The notes under the pieces were generated by a model. That model did no database searches and had not been told where the DNA came from. It saw only the letters and a list, made by a program, of their open reading frames with translations. Source: a virus (Duplodnaviria; Caudoviricetes). Taken from it: a DNA stretch of 64,000 nt. The position numbers were made by a program, and so were the translations under genes. Of the stretch, positions 18,282 through 28,441 are shown piece by piece. Location: positions 2,793 through 66,792 of IMG/VR virus record IMGVR_UViG_2848576382_000012. One strand, written 5' to 3'. Every line of letters starts with the position of its first letter. Position 1 is the first letter of the stretch.

Positions 18282-18595
18282 TTAAGGGGTTAGATATTGA
18301 TGGAACACGTGTTCTGTTGAACAGAATTCAATCAAATGTTAATGATCTGCTGCAAATGTGCGATACTATTGAGGGAAGCCCGAATAATGGGACAGAGCTG
18401 CCCGAAGCTGTTACTGCGCTTTGTCAGACGTTAATTCCCATAGAAACGCATATAACAACCGTATGGGATTTACTTTTTGGATCGGCCTCGACCATTGTGA
18501 AGAATTACTTTCTTGCAACGAAAGAACCCGATATGGCGGTTGTCTATAACTTCATTCTGATAAATGCGCCACACTTAACATCACGTTTAAGGTAG
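18278..18595 (+). CDS. Hypothetical phage protein
   Basis: ATGA overlap with terL; GGAGGA RBS. Confidence 0.7.
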   Translation: MIKGLDIDGTRVLLNRIQSNVNDLLQMCDTIEGSPNNGTELPEAVTALCQTLIPIETHITTVWDLLFGSASTIVKNYFLATKEPDMAVVYNFILINAPHLTSRLR

Positions 18596-18603
18596 GAGGT
18601 AAT

Positions 18604-18672
18604 ATGTATTACGCTCGTTGTGGTAATCGTAAAACGGGTTGTCCTGCTCGTAGTAAAAAATTCAGGGTTTAA
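18604..18672 (+). CDS. 22-aa cationic microprotein MYYARCGNRKTGCPARSKKFRV
   Basis: AGGAGGT RBS; fills the gap before the portal gene; below the ORF-track cutoff. Confidence 0.55.
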   Translation: MYYARCGNRKTGCPARSKKFRV

Positions 18673-18677
18673 ACATC

Positions 18678-20687
18678 ATGGCAAAGCTGTCACGCAGTAA
18701 GGAAAAGATGAATGCAACACTGGGGAATTTGATCGTTGCGCGGTATACACAAGCGGCATCGTCAAACAGTGATGCGCATCGCCGTTGTCAGCGTTGCCTT
18801 GACCTGATGAAAGGACAAATTGATTCGGTGCCGGTAGATCCAGAGGACGATGAGATTGAAGTCGCTATGAATATTACCGGCCCAATCACCCGAAATGTTC
18901 ATGCGCAGGTTGAGGAGGTACTTGATCCTATTCTCGAACAGCCTTTTGTTTTAGAAACCGATCCCGTCGCTCAATTGCCTGCGCCTGTTCAGGATGAATT
19001 AATAAATGCTATTGAAACCAATATCCAGCGTATCATTGAAATGACGGGAGGGGACGAATCGTTATTTACAAACCTGTTAAAGAATATGTCGCAAACGGCA
19101 CTGACGTTTTATAACGAAGCGGCGAAAACAGCTGCGAATAATCTTTATCCGGTTGTTTTACAAAAGCTGAAATTGGCTAATTTTAAAACAGAATTCAGTC
19201 AGTGGTTGTATAACTATGTTGCATATCCGTTAGCCATTTTAAAAGGCCCTGTTTATGAAACACGGAAGATGAAAGTATGGGACGGTATGGCAATGGTCTA
19301 CCAGGATCAGATGGTTCATCGCGTATATAATATTTCACCTTTTAATATTTTTCCGTCCCCGAATGCCAAAGATTTACAGTCATGTGAGTACGTTATTGAA
19401 CGCCAGCGACTTACGTCGAGTGAACTTCTCGATATGTCAGGCACAGTTAGTTTTGATGCAGAATCGATATTTTATGTATTGCAGGATCATGAAAAGTACA
19501 TTTTACCTTATGAGGCAACCGGCAGTGAAATAGAGCCGGATGCGTTAGGTGACTCTGGAATTGGCAGTGTCTCTGATTTATCGTGGATTGGTATCTATGA
19601 TGTGTTGATCCATTATGGCCGAATACAAGGTGCGAAATTAAAAGAGTATGGTGTTGATATCAGTAATGAATACCGACTCTATGAATCGGAAATTTGGGTA
19701 TTAGCCGGTACAATTATTAAATGTGTTTTAAATCCCGATCCATTGGGGCGCCGACCATTTTATACCGCTGCATTTTACCATTTGCCGGGCGAACTCTGGG
19801 GAAGCAGTATTCCTGAAACGATTGAAGATGTTCAGATCCAATGTACGACGGCGGGCCGAGCACTCGTGAATAATATGGATTTTTCCGCTGGCCCACTAGG
19901 TGAAGTAGATACAGCCCGTGTGAAAGGTGAAGGTGATCCGACAGAGATTTATCCACGTAAGATTACGCCCGTTAAACAAGATTCGTTCAGTCAGAATGCC
20001 CCAGCTTACCGCTTTTATACGATCCCCAGTCTTGCCGGGGAACTGTGGAGTATTTTTGATAAAGCCCATGCGTCTGCTTATGAATTAATTGGGATACCCC
20101 GACTGGCATTTGGACAAACACAAGGGGCAGCAACGATTGGTCGCACATCTGGAGGAGTCTCCATGATGTTAAACCAGGCGAGTAAGGCGATTAAACAACC
20201 CTTACTGTATGCGGAAAATCATGTGATTGAACCGATAATACAACGCTTTGTAGATATTGAATTACAGTTTAATCCTAATCCTTCTCTGAAAGGAGATGTG
20301 AATGTCAGAGCCAGTGGTGTCCGTGGGATGCAGGAAAAAGAAAAACAACAAGGCAATCTCACCTGGGTCTTGCAGTCGCTTGCACCGTTTGCAAGAGGAT
20401 TCGAAGTCCCTCCGGCATTTATTATGCGTATCTTGGAACAGCTATTATCACAGATGGGAGTCGATACAAAAGGCTTACCCAATATCGCGTTACAGGATGC
20501 GATGAATCAGGATCAAGGTATTATCGCCTCACTGACAGGAATGACGGACAATGTGGGAGCAGCCCAAAGTGGGACAATAGAGGGCGCACCCGCAATGAAT
20601 AATAGTGACTATACACAACCTCTGGATGGTCGAAGTGCGCAGGCCATCCAAACGATTAATCAAATGAATCATTCGTTAGGGGGATAG
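18678..20687 (+). CDS. Portal protein
   Basis: Follows terL; ILKGP, ISPFNIFPSP, LNPDPLGRRPF, PGELWGSSI, RTSGGVSMML motifs. Confidence 0.88.
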   Translation: MAKLSRSKEKMNATLGNLIVARYTQAASSNSDAHRRCQRCLDLMKGQIDSVPVDPEDDEIEVAMNITGPITRNVHAQVEEVLDPILEQPFVLETDPVAQLPAPVQDELINAIETNIQRIIEMTGGDESLFTNLLKNMSQTALTFYNEAAKTAANNLYPVVLQKLKLANFKTEFSQWLYNYVAYPLAILKGPVYETRKMKVWDGMAMVYQDQMVHRVYNISPFNIFPSPNAKDLQSCEYVIERQRLTSSELLDMSGTVSFDAESIFYVLQDHEKYILPYEATGSEIEPDALGDSGIGSVSDLSWIGIYDVLIHYGRIQGAKLKEYGVDISNEYRLYESEIWVLAGTIIKCVLNPDPLGRRPFYTAAFYHLPGELWGSSIPETIEDVQIQCTTAGRALVNNMDFSAGPLGEVDTARVKGEGDPTEIYPRKITPVKQDSFSQNAPAYRFYTIPSLAGELWSIFDKAHASAYELIGIPRLAFGQTQGAATIGRTSGGVSMMLNQASKAIKQPLLYAENHVIEPIIQRFVDIELQFNPNPSLKGDVNVRASGVRGMQEKEKQQGNLTWVLQSLAPFARGFEVPPAFIMRILEQLLSQMGVDTKGLPNIALQDAMNQDQGIIASLTGMTDNVGAAQSGTIEGAPAMNNSDYTQPLDGRSAQAIQTINQMNHSLGG

Positions 20688-20688
20688 T

Positions 20689-21201
20689 ATGGCGCAGGTA
20701 AAATGCCAATACTTTGATTTTTCAATCACAACATTTTTTGAGCCAGAAGTTTGTGAACCTCCTGCAAAGAATAAAAACACCTGCTGTCAGGTCACTCAGC
20801 TCAGAAATATGAAGTATTCAGGGACACCCAGTGATACGGATGATAAACCGAATGACTTGTCGGAATACCGTTTTATTGTAAATACGCTAAGTCAGATTCA
20901 TTTAGTGTGTGAGGATGTTCCATTTTGTGAATCAGCAATAATCTTGCGTGTACAGCGAATACTGGCATGTCAGATAGGTTGTGATACAGATTATAACGCC
21001 ATTTTGGAACATTGGCGTGGCAGTGGCATGATGATCCCCCCAGGTGAATATATCATAGATATCCCTGTCGGGATCGCATACGGAGCAGACCTGTGTGGCT
21101 TTCATATTGAAAAAACCCCGGCAGGCCATGTTACGGTAGTGATAGAACCTGCAACGACGGAACATGTCTGGGCTATGTTGTATAACAACGCGAAGTGTTA
21201 G
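20689..21201 (+). CDS. Cys-rich putative virion protein
   Basis: 170 aa, 10 Cys, tightly coupled in the structural operon. Confidence 0.6.
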   Translation: MAQVKCQYFDFSITTFFEPEVCEPPAKNKNTCCQVTQLRNMKYSGTPSDTDDKPNDLSEYRFIVNTLSQIHLVCEDVPFCESAIILRVQRILACQIGCDTDYNAILEHWRGSGMMIPPGEYIIDIPVGIAYGADLCGFHIEKTPAGHVTVVIEPATTEHVWAMLYNNAKC

Positions 21202-21210
21202 GAGAAAGAT

Positions 21211-23238
21211 ATGTCTAATTGCTGTTCCCCTATATTAACGTTTGAGCAGATCAGTAATTATATTCAGTCGGTCATTAATCAGAAGATAATCTGTAATGAA
21301 ATACAGGCAGGTCTCGTCGATTGTCAGGGAAATGTCCTCGCGCCAGCAACCCATATTATAAAATGTGATGAACTGAATACATTGGCGCAAGAGGCTATTC
21401 AGAAGGGCGATATTACTATTCCGGGTATTGAAGCCTTGTCATTTGATGGTGAACGTATCACGTTAGTGGATCAGGCGGGTAAAACCCATGAAGTGAATCT
21501 CGCCTCCATTATACCGCAGAGTTTAACGACGAATGGTATGGCCATAACGCTGACACTGAAAGACGGTAAACAGTTAACGGTCGATCTCACAAAAGCGGTG
21601 ACGCAGGCGGTTGCCGAAAAAACGCTCAAAAGTGCAGTCTTAACGAAGGATAACAGTCTTGAACTGATGCTAGGTGACGGCAGTAAAGTCACCGCCAATT
21701 TAGGTCAATTACTGGATGATGCGACGGTAAGCAGTGGCAATATTGATGCAAATGGCGATATCGAATTAGTCTTGGGAAACGGGAAAGTCATTAAAGTGCT
21801 CGCGGCAGCCTTACGCCGGGTCAAGATTGACCGGGATAGCCCGCTGACAGGAAACGGTGATGATATTCCTTTGAATATTGATTTTACCCGTGTCTGCTGG
21901 AAAGTGATTGATTCCATCACAATGGATGATAAAGGATTACATATCAAGATTGATAACCAGTGTGATGCCATTACATTATCGATGGATGATATAAAGAAAG
22001 CCTTAATCAATAAAGTTAAAGTGTGTGTTGCAAGTACAGGTTTTATCACCGGTGACGGGACGGAAGGAAATTGCCTGGATCTCGATTTACAAAAAGTGAT
22101 TAACGCATTTGTCGCAAATCAGGGTGTCATGACAACGCTGATTAATAGTCTGAACAATAAAATCAAAGTCAGTGTAAATAGTAGCTTAACTGGTTCAGGG
22201 ATAGCTTCCGATCCATTAGGAGTTAAAATTTCACCCGATAAGGGTAATTTACTGACTAGTCGCAATAACGGATTGTATTCTGGCGTACAAGCTACTGTCG
22301 ATGTCACGAATTTATACGTGGATTCAGTCGCGGGAGATGATAAGAATAGCGGTAAACTCAAAGAGCCATTGAAAACATTAAAAGAGGCGCTCAGTCGTGT
22401 CCGGCAGGATGAAAGTAATACCATCCATTTGCGTTGTGGTGGGGATTATATCTGGACGGGTTTTAACGTGACAAACGGTGCTGTCAGAAATATTCAAGCG
22501 TATGGTGACCCATTAATTGACGGTAATAAAAAACCTACAGTGACACCGCAAAGACCATCATATCAGTGGTGGTCGCACAGTGGTTTTACACGGCCAAAGA
22601 TTTATTACAATGTGGTTTATAATACGGCTATACACGTTTATGACATAGAAACTTGTTCACCACAAGGAGGGGGACAATTAGTTTGTACGGGATTACAGTT
22701 TATGTGTGAAGCGGCGAATGAACCGGGTACGCCTAATGCAGATAAAGATTATACCTCTGCCTGGGCGCGTTGGGATGGTTATGGGGTATACGGAATGAGT
22801 GATGGAAAAGTTATGTATTATGGCTGTATATTCCAAAACAAATATGCCCCCGTTGCCGCATTGCAGGAACCCGTCGGCGGCTGGCCGCAGCAGAACGGAA
22901 AACCCGTTTATCCGAAAGAATCCTGGTGGGGCATCACCGGAAAAGATTCAGTATTTGAAGGGGCACAACAGACCTTTATTGCCTGCTCTTATGCCAATTT
23001 GACCCAAGATCCAAAAGGCACCGACTTTCCAGGAGATTTAGTAGGGGAAAGTTCAGGCATGTCTCAGCTTTCGGTGAGAAATTACACCGATAGTTTTGGT
23101 GACCTGCCGGGTTATGAATATATAGACCAGAATATGGAAGCCGCTTTAAAGTTAAATGGCGTGTTAACGGGTGTGGTATATGACAGTGACAATAAACCGA
23201 GGAACCTGATTTCAAATATTATTTTGGGGAAACCATGA
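21211..23238 (+). CDS. Putative tail fibre/spike
   Basis: LTL-x-DG..VDL repeats, LTG-x-G..PL, ISPDKGNLLTSRNNGLY, LYVDSVAGDDKNSG..PLKTL beta-helix cap. Confidence 0.7.
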   Translation: MSNCCSPILTFEQISNYIQSVINQKIICNEIQAGLVDCQGNVLAPATHIIKCDELNTLAQEAIQKGDITIPGIEALSFDGERITLVDQAGKTHEVNLASIIPQSLTTNGMAITLTLKDGKQLTVDLTKAVTQAVAEKTLKSAVLTKDNSLELMLGDGSKVTANLGQLLDDATVSSGNIDANGDIELVLGNGKVIKVLAAALRRVKIDRDSPLTGNGDDIPLNIDFTRVCWKVIDSITMDDKGLHIKIDNQCDAITLSMDDIKKALINKVKVCVASTGFITGDGTEGNCLDLDLQKVINAFVANQGVMTTLINSLNNKIKVSVNSSLTGSGIASDPLGVKISPDKGNLLTSRNNGLYSGVQATVDVTNLYVDSVAGDDKNSGKLKEPLKTLKEALSRVRQDESNTIHLRCGGDYIWTGFNVTNGAVRNIQAYGDPLIDGNKKPTVTPQRPSYQWWSHSGFTRPKIYYNVVYNTAIHVYDIETCSPQGGGQLVCTGLQFMCEAANEPGTPNADKDYTSAWARWDGYGVYGMSDGKVMYYGCIFQNKYAPVAALQEPVGGWPQQNGKPVYPKESWWGITGKDSVFEGAQQTFIACSYANLTQDPKGTDFPGDLVGESSGMSQLSVRNYTDSFGDLPGYEYIDQNMEAALKLNGVLTGVVYDSDNKPRNLISNIILGKP

Positions 23239-23423
23239 ATGAATTACAAGAAGCCATTGCGACCTTTCGGAGTATGCCCGAAGCCGAAGCAATTTACGAT
23301 TTGCTTCGGGAACGTCTAGAAATACCGGAAAATTATGCCGAGTTAGAACAGCGAGGGGAACTGGCGAAAGAACATCGGGAATCCTTAATAGTGTATCGCG
23401 CAATTTCACAGGAGACACTATGA
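23235..23423 (+). CDS. Small hypothetical phage protein
   Basis: ATGA-coupled in operon. Confidence 0.6.
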   Translation: MNELQEAIATFRSMPEAEAIYDLLRERLEIPENYAELEQRGELAKEHRESLIVYRAISQETL

Positions 23424-23626
23424 TTACGGATAAACAGTATCGAGGAATTAACAGATTACGCAATCATGTCATTGGACGGCATATACGCTGGTTCTTAGAA
23501 GCGCAATTAACGCAGGCCCGTGAACAGTACGAAGCCTATCCGGCAACGGAAGAACGTAGACGATTATTGCAGGCATATAAAACCGTATTGCAAGTGCTCT
23601 TTATAACCCCAATGGAGAAACTGTAA
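23420..23626 (+). CDS. Small helical phage protein, probable paralogue of 23940-24125
   Basis: GGAG RBS; L-x-QAREQYE motif. Confidence 0.65.
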   Translation: MITDKQYRGINRLRNHVIGRHIRWFLEAQLTQAREQYEAYPATEERRRLLQAYKTVLQVLFITPMEKL

Positions 23627-23943
23627 TGGCAAAAAGCTATGCAAAAGTCCTCACCATTGGTGAGAATAATAAACCCCAGACTTTGATCGCCAGTGTGGCG
23701 CAGACCAATAATCCCACACACGGTTATCTGGTCTATTATGCTCCTAAAAAGAGTGATACGGTAAAAGACATTGATTTTCAACCATTTAATGTTGACAGTA
23801 AGCAGTTTAAAATCTCGACAAATAGTCCACAATTTGTCAGTACGTTACCGGGTACTTATGCGTTTGCCTTAGACCAACAGCAGGATGTGGATTTAAACCT
23901 GCTCGTGGTGGATTATATCGTGACGGTAAGAGGAACATTATGA
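23626..23943 (+). CDS. Hypothetical beta-rich phage protein
   Basis: TAATG-coupled; GGAG RBS. Confidence 0.65.
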   Translation: MAKSYAKVLTIGENNKPQTLIASVAQTNNPTHGYLVYYAPKKSDTVKDIDFQPFNVDSKQFKISTNSPQFVSTLPGTYAFALDQQQDVDLNLLVVDYIVTVRGTL

Positions 23944-24125
23944 TCAGTAATCGTGAAGTACCGATAACCGTGTTAAAACAGAATAAAGGTTTTCAGCAGT
24001 TTATAAAATGTCTGCAACAGGCATTACAGGATGCCCGTGAAGCGTATGAAAATACGGATGCGAACGATTTTAACCGAGGACGCGTTGCTGTCCTGAAAGA
24101 GATATTAAACGACTTAGACAGTTAA
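23940..24125 (+). CDS. Small helical phage protein preceding the scaffold
   Basis: LQDAREAYE..RGRVAVLKEIL; GAGGA RBS. Confidence 0.65.
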   Translation: MISNREVPITVLKQNKGFQQFIKCLQQALQDAREAYENTDANDFNRGRVAVLKEILNDLDS

Positions 24126-24134
24126 GGTGCCATT

Positions 24135-25229
24135 ATGCCAGGTTTATTTAATGATGATACAAATCAGCCGGTATGGGGACAGTCTCCTGCGGCACAGGAG
24201 AATACACCGACATGGACACCCTCAGCGTCGCTACCCGCACAGAACGGCTTTCAGGGACAGTCACCCGAACAACAGAATACCCAAAGTCAGAATGAGTATG
24301 ATGTTATCAGCCTTTTTGATGATCGGGGTAATATTAAAGGCTTGTCATCAGCTACAGGCGCGCCACCATCAGGACAATCGAATACACCTGGTGTTATCAC
24401 CGACCCGAATCTAAGTGCGTTGTTAGCGCAGATGCAACACAATCAACAACAACAACAGCTGTTTGAAGCACAACGTCTACAGCTGGAAAATCAGCGTCTG
24501 CAACACCAGCAACAGCAGGACTTACAGGTCAGACAGCAGCAACTGGCTGAACAACAACAGAAAGAACAAGAGCAATTTTTGCAGTCACTGATACCCCAGA
24601 TCAATATTGATGATATTAAAATTTCGGCAGAAGATGAAAAAACCTACGGCGACGCCGCACAATATATTCGAAAACAGGCGGCAGAGCAGACACAAAAGAT
24701 ACTCAAGGGTATGGCACCCAATTTACAGCGTATCGCGCAGGAACAATTTCGGTTGCAAAGTGAACTTAATCAACTGAAAGCATCACAGAGTAGCCCGGCC
24801 TCACAAGGTATGACACCGGAACAGGAAATGAACATTATCATTCGTTCTCAGGTGCCTGATGTAGAGACCTTAACGGCGCACCCGGCCTTTGCGGCATTTC
24901 GCAATTCAGAAGCTGCCGGAGGTTACTCTTATGGAAAACTCGTGGATATGGCCTGGAAACAGGGTGATGCACAACGATTGATCAATTTATTACAGACATT
25001 CCGTAGTGGTCTAAATCAGAGCAGTCAAGGGCAATCCCATCAGCCGGTCAATTATCAGGGCACCGCGCTGGGGAACACACCGCCTGTTCAACGCAAACAG
25101 GTGTTGAGTCAGCGCGAATACGATAAGGCTTACGCAGCATTTATGTCCGGCCAAATGGATGCGGAACGCTATCAGAAGATAGAAGATCAGTTCCAGTTGG
25201 CAATGTTGCAAGGGCGTGTTGTTGATTAA
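24135..25229 (+). CDS. Putative capsid scaffolding protein
   Basis: Gln-rich coiled coil directly upstream of the major capsid gene; C-terminal AMLQGRV. Confidence 0.7.
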   Translation: MPGLFNDDTNQPVWGQSPAAQENTPTWTPSASLPAQNGFQGQSPEQQNTQSQNEYDVISLFDDRGNIKGLSSATGAPPSGQSNTPGVITDPNLSALLAQMQHNQQQQQLFEAQRLQLENQRLQHQQQQDLQVRQQQLAEQQQKEQEQFLQSLIPQINIDDIKISAEDEKTYGDAAQYIRKQAAEQTQKILKGMAPNLQRIAQEQFRLQSELNQLKASQSSPASQGMTPEQEMNIIIRSQVPDVETLTAHPAFAAFRNSEAAGGYSYGKLVDMAWKQGDAQRLINLLQTFRSGLNQSSQGQSHQPVNYQGTALGNTPPVQRKQVLSQREYDKAYAAFMSGQMDAERYQKIEDQFQLAMLQGRVVD

Positions 25230-25256
25230 TGGCATAGCATAAACTGAGGAGTTCAT

Positions 25257-26222
25257 ATGCGACAGATGGGGGTAGTGCCAGCCGCGTCAGGATACCCGAA
25301 TTATAGTTTCTTGACGAATCCGATTATCGGAAAGGCGCTGATTGCACGATTTAAAATGAAAGGCATAACCGCACAAATCACGACGAGTCAGGTTGCGGAT
25401 ATTCCGAAAGAAATCAGTACCACGGGTAATGAAGTTATTTTACGCCGTGAGCCAGAGGCGGAAATCTTCGATTATCAGAAGAATCAGCCGCTAACACACA
25501 GTAAGTTAGCGACAGATATCTTCCGTATGACGATTGATCGGGCAAAATACTGGTCACTGAAAGTCAATTACATTGATACGCGACAGATCGAGAATATTAA
25601 TACGTGGGTTAATTCCTGGAAAGACGACGCAGCGAACAAAATGGACTTGTCGATATCCCGCGAAATTCTCATTCAAACGCCCTGGCAGGTTTCCCCTTTT
25701 AATAAGGGACAATGCGCAGGTGTGCGTACAGGGCAGTATAACTTAGGGACACTCGGTCACCCCGTCGTTTTATCACCCACGAACATCGGTGAACAACTTG
25801 CCAATGGTCGTGCAGTACTGGCAGAACAGGGAGTTAGTGGCCCTTTTATTATTATTACACCGTATGCGCTACAACCAATGATGTATCGTCCTGATTCTGT
25901 TTTGTACGATGCATCAAAATCCGGTCAGGCGAAATCGATTGTCTTAATGAATGGGGAAGTTTGGGTTGATATGGTGGGATATACATTTGTGTTTACCCAT
26001 GAAGCCCCCACCTATATCGATCCTGATACGGGAGACCGATGTTATACCTTACTGTTTGGTCGTAAAGATGCCATTTTGATGATCACGCAAATCAATTACA
26101 ACCGTGTGGTCGATTCGGATGCCACCGATTTTGCGACCTATTGGCAGGGATTACAGGTTTATGGATTTAAACTCATGCGACCTGAAGCTATGGCCGTAAT
26201 GTACGCTACCCTGAAGAAATAA
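25257..26222 (+). CDS. Major capsid protein
   Basis: EIS..GNEVILR.EP..EIFDYQKNQ.L, MTIDRAKYW, WQGLQVYGFKLMRPEA; GAGGAG RBS. Confidence 0.82.
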   Translation: MRQMGVVPAASGYPNYSFLTNPIIGKALIARFKMKGITAQITTSQVADIPKEISTTGNEVILRREPEAEIFDYQKNQPLTHSKLATDIFRMTIDRAKYWSLKVNYIDTRQIENINTWVNSWKDDAANKMDLSISREILIQTPWQVSPFNKGQCAGVRTGQYNLGTLGHPVVLSPTNIGEQLANGRAVLAEQGVSGPFIIITPYALQPMMYRPDSVLYDASKSGQAKSIVLMNGEVWVDMVGYTFVFTHEAPTYIDPDTGDRCYTLLFGRKDAILMITQINYNRVVDSDATDFATYWQGLQVYGFKLMRPEAMAVMYATLKK

Positions 26223-26231
26223 GGAGGCAAT

Positions 26232-27128
26232 ATGTCAGCGAAACGCTTTGGCTTATTCGACGGGGGCAACGTTCTTCGCCGGATTGATGATACGCTGTTT
26301 TCAACATTCAATGATGTTTTGCCCGTCCAACCGGCAGGTCATCAGAAGAAACGAAATCATCAGCTAGAAAACCATATTGATACCCAAGATTTTGCCTATA
26401 CCGGGGCATATGAAGTACCAGAACTGAGCGAGAAAACGGACTTTAAAATGCCCGATGGTGCTGAAATTGCCACCCATCTATTGGGAACGGGCTGGCTAAT
26501 TAATGCCATTGTCTATCACGTAAAACGGGTGGGAGCAGGTACATTAACACCGTTTGTGGAACTGTCTGTGTATGATCAGAAAACAGGAAAAGTCACGGGC
26601 GCAGAGAAAATAAATGTAGTCGATGGTGAAGGTAAGCAGTTAACGGTCGATTTAGCAAAACCGGGGTTTTATCTGGGATTCGTGCCAACCACCAGTAACT
26701 TGCCAGCACCACGAACGAAATTACCCAATGAGATGTCAATAAAACTGGATACCGCCAATACGACGCCCGTCGATGTGGTGATCCCAGCACAAACAATTCA
26801 GGTAGATAATTTCACCACATCAGATGATAAGAAGGTGACGGGATCGATCACTGTGCCGTCACAAACGGTAACAATACAGGTTCCGCGAGGGGCTTCTGCA
26901 GACGGGACAGGGAGTGGTTTACCCGTTCCCTTACTAACGACCACGAATGGTTATCTGGTCAATACCTTTAAAGCGGCACAAAATTCATCGCACGAGGATG
27001 TACCGTTTGATGCTTGTGTTGGCATTTATGCGGATATCACGGAATATTTTGATGAGCATCCGTGTAACTGTGCACCGACGCCTTGTGAAACCATTTTTCC
27101 CGACCCAGAGTGCCAGCCACTTAATTAA
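26232..27128 (+). CDS. Putative capsid decoration or minor virion protein
   Basis: Follows the capsid gene; AAGGAGG RBS; Cys-rich C-terminus; hairpin downstream. Confidence 0.55.
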   Translation: MSAKRFGLFDGGNVLRRIDDTLFSTFNDVLPVQPAGHQKKRNHQLENHIDTQDFAYTGAYEVPELSEKTDFKMPDGAEIATHLLGTGWLINAIVYHVKRVGAGTLTPFVELSVYDQKTGKVTGAEKINVVDGEGKQLTVDLAKPGFYLGFVPTTSNLPAPRTKLPNEMSIKLDTANTTPVDVVIPAQTIQVDNFTTSDDKKVTGSITVPSQTVTIQVPRGASADGTGSGLPVPLLTTTNGYLVNTFKAAQNSSHEDVPFDACVGIYADITEYFDEHPCNCAPTPCETIFPDPECQPLN

Positions 27129-27138
27129 GGTGTATCAG

Positions 27139-27167
27139 AAGGGGAGAATGAGACTCCCCCTCATTTT
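27139..27167 (+). terminator. Probable terminator after the capsid genes
   Basis: ggggag-N7-ctcccc hairpin followed by a short T run. Confidence 0.45.
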
Positions 27168-27179
27168 CAGGAGCGGATC

Positions 27180-27821
27180 ATGGCAGAAAAAATCACACAA
27201 CGTACCCGACGGCAGAAAGTCAGTGAATCACCGAAAATGTTAGCCTATGAAACACCCCACACTCGACAGCAAAAAGCCAATGAAGGATTGGATATTGTGT
27301 CTCATGAGATACCAGAGGATACACTAAATGAATCCAAAGCACCGCGTAAGCGAGTCCATTTTCAGCGAGGGGGCACGGCATTACAGGCACGTCATAACCC
27401 GAATCAATTATTACAGATTCGTGGGAATGATAAGAATGTGACAGCGCTTCGTGATCGCATGAAACCTCCCGTATCACCGGGGGCAACGCCGCTAGCCATT
27501 ATTGATGCGTATGGTCATATCATGCCTTTTGATGCAGAAAGTCCCATTGATCGCGTGATCTTAGCGAATGTACCGGATATTACGTATATCTATACGCATG
27601 ACGATTTACAGGAAGCACTACGGATTAATCAAGAAAAAATACAGCAGCGCCGATTCCATGAAACCGTACAAGGGGCACGCCTTTTCGTCGAACCTGTGCT
27701 GCCAACGCATGGATTCCGCAACGGCAATGAAGTTGTGTCAGCATTCTATGATGAAACCCGTATGGGAAATGATGCTGTTGTAATACAAGATCTCAACGAC
27801 ATGTCAAAAGACGTTTTTTAG
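27180..27821 (+). CDS. Hypothetical phage protein
   Basis: AGGAG RBS; in operon. Confidence 0.65.
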   Translation: MAEKITQRTRRQKVSESPKMLAYETPHTRQQKANEGLDIVSHEIPEDTLNESKAPRKRVHFQRGGTALQARHNPNQLLQIRGNDKNVTALRDRMKPPVSPGATPLAIIDAYGHIMPFDAESPIDRVILANVPDITYIYTHDDLQEALRINQEKIQQRRFHETVQGARLFVEPVLPTHGFRNGNEVVSAFYDETRMGNDAVVIQDLNDMSKDVF

Positions 27822-27829
27822 TTTTCGGA

Positions 27830-28441
27830 GTGATTATGGCGACAACGAATAGCGTGATTGAACGTGTATCCCGTCGCCTTGAAGACCAAGAGCCGGGATA
27901 TGCCTACACGCATTGGCAAGACGTGGATCTGCTTATCGCCGTTAACTATAGTCTACGGGTTATCGGGCGGTATCATCCACGGCAATTTGGTGCAATGGTT
28001 ATGTATGACTTGCCTGCCGATGGTTTATTACATACATCATGTACGGCTTTTTTGCCCCCCTATACGCTGACGAACCGCGCAGGAAGACGCATCCGATATC
28101 TGGCTTCGACGGAAGAGACACCTTCTGCATGGGATATGGTGTTATGTAATGGACAAGGCGGCCCATTATATTTAGTGAATCGTGCCGATGGCGAATATGA
28201 AGCCCATCCGGTTAACCCACATGAACACTATAAAGTGCGGGGACTTTGTATTCAAATCCCGACCGTGACTAAAGATGAGAATATCCCACTGACCGATGAT
28301 CTGCTTCCTGCACTGGAAGAGATTATGATGTTTTATGCGTATTCTTACGACAAAACGTCAACAGTCTATACGGAAAAAGGACACGTGCATTGGCAGAATG
28401 CGCTCTTATTATTGGGGGTAACCAATGGCAGTCGTCAGTGA
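27830..28441 (+). CDS. Putative head-tail adaptor protein
   Basis: VIERVSRRLED..HW...DLL..VN and AL..MMFYAYSYD..H adaptor-like pattern. Confidence 0.6.
   Translation: MIMATTNSVIERVSRRLEDQEPGYAYTHWQDVDLLIAVNYSLRVIGRYHPRQFGAMVMYDLPADGLLHTSCTAFLPPYTLTNRAGRRIRYLASTEETPSAWDMVLCNGQGGPLYLVNRADGEYEAHPVNPHEHYKVRGLCIQIPTVTKDENIPLTDDLLPALEEIMMFYAYSYDKTSTVYTEKGHVHWQNALLLLGVTNGSRQ

Noticed and set aside
13435-23238. Diversity-generating retroelement or invertible tail-fibre switch
   Set aside because: No reverse transcriptase or TR/VR pair noticed; the serine recombinase is far from the fibre genes and beside repA, fitting multimer resolution
24430-24575. CAA/CAG-rich tract as a repeat element
   Set aside because: Encodes the Gln-rich coiled coil of the scaffold protein
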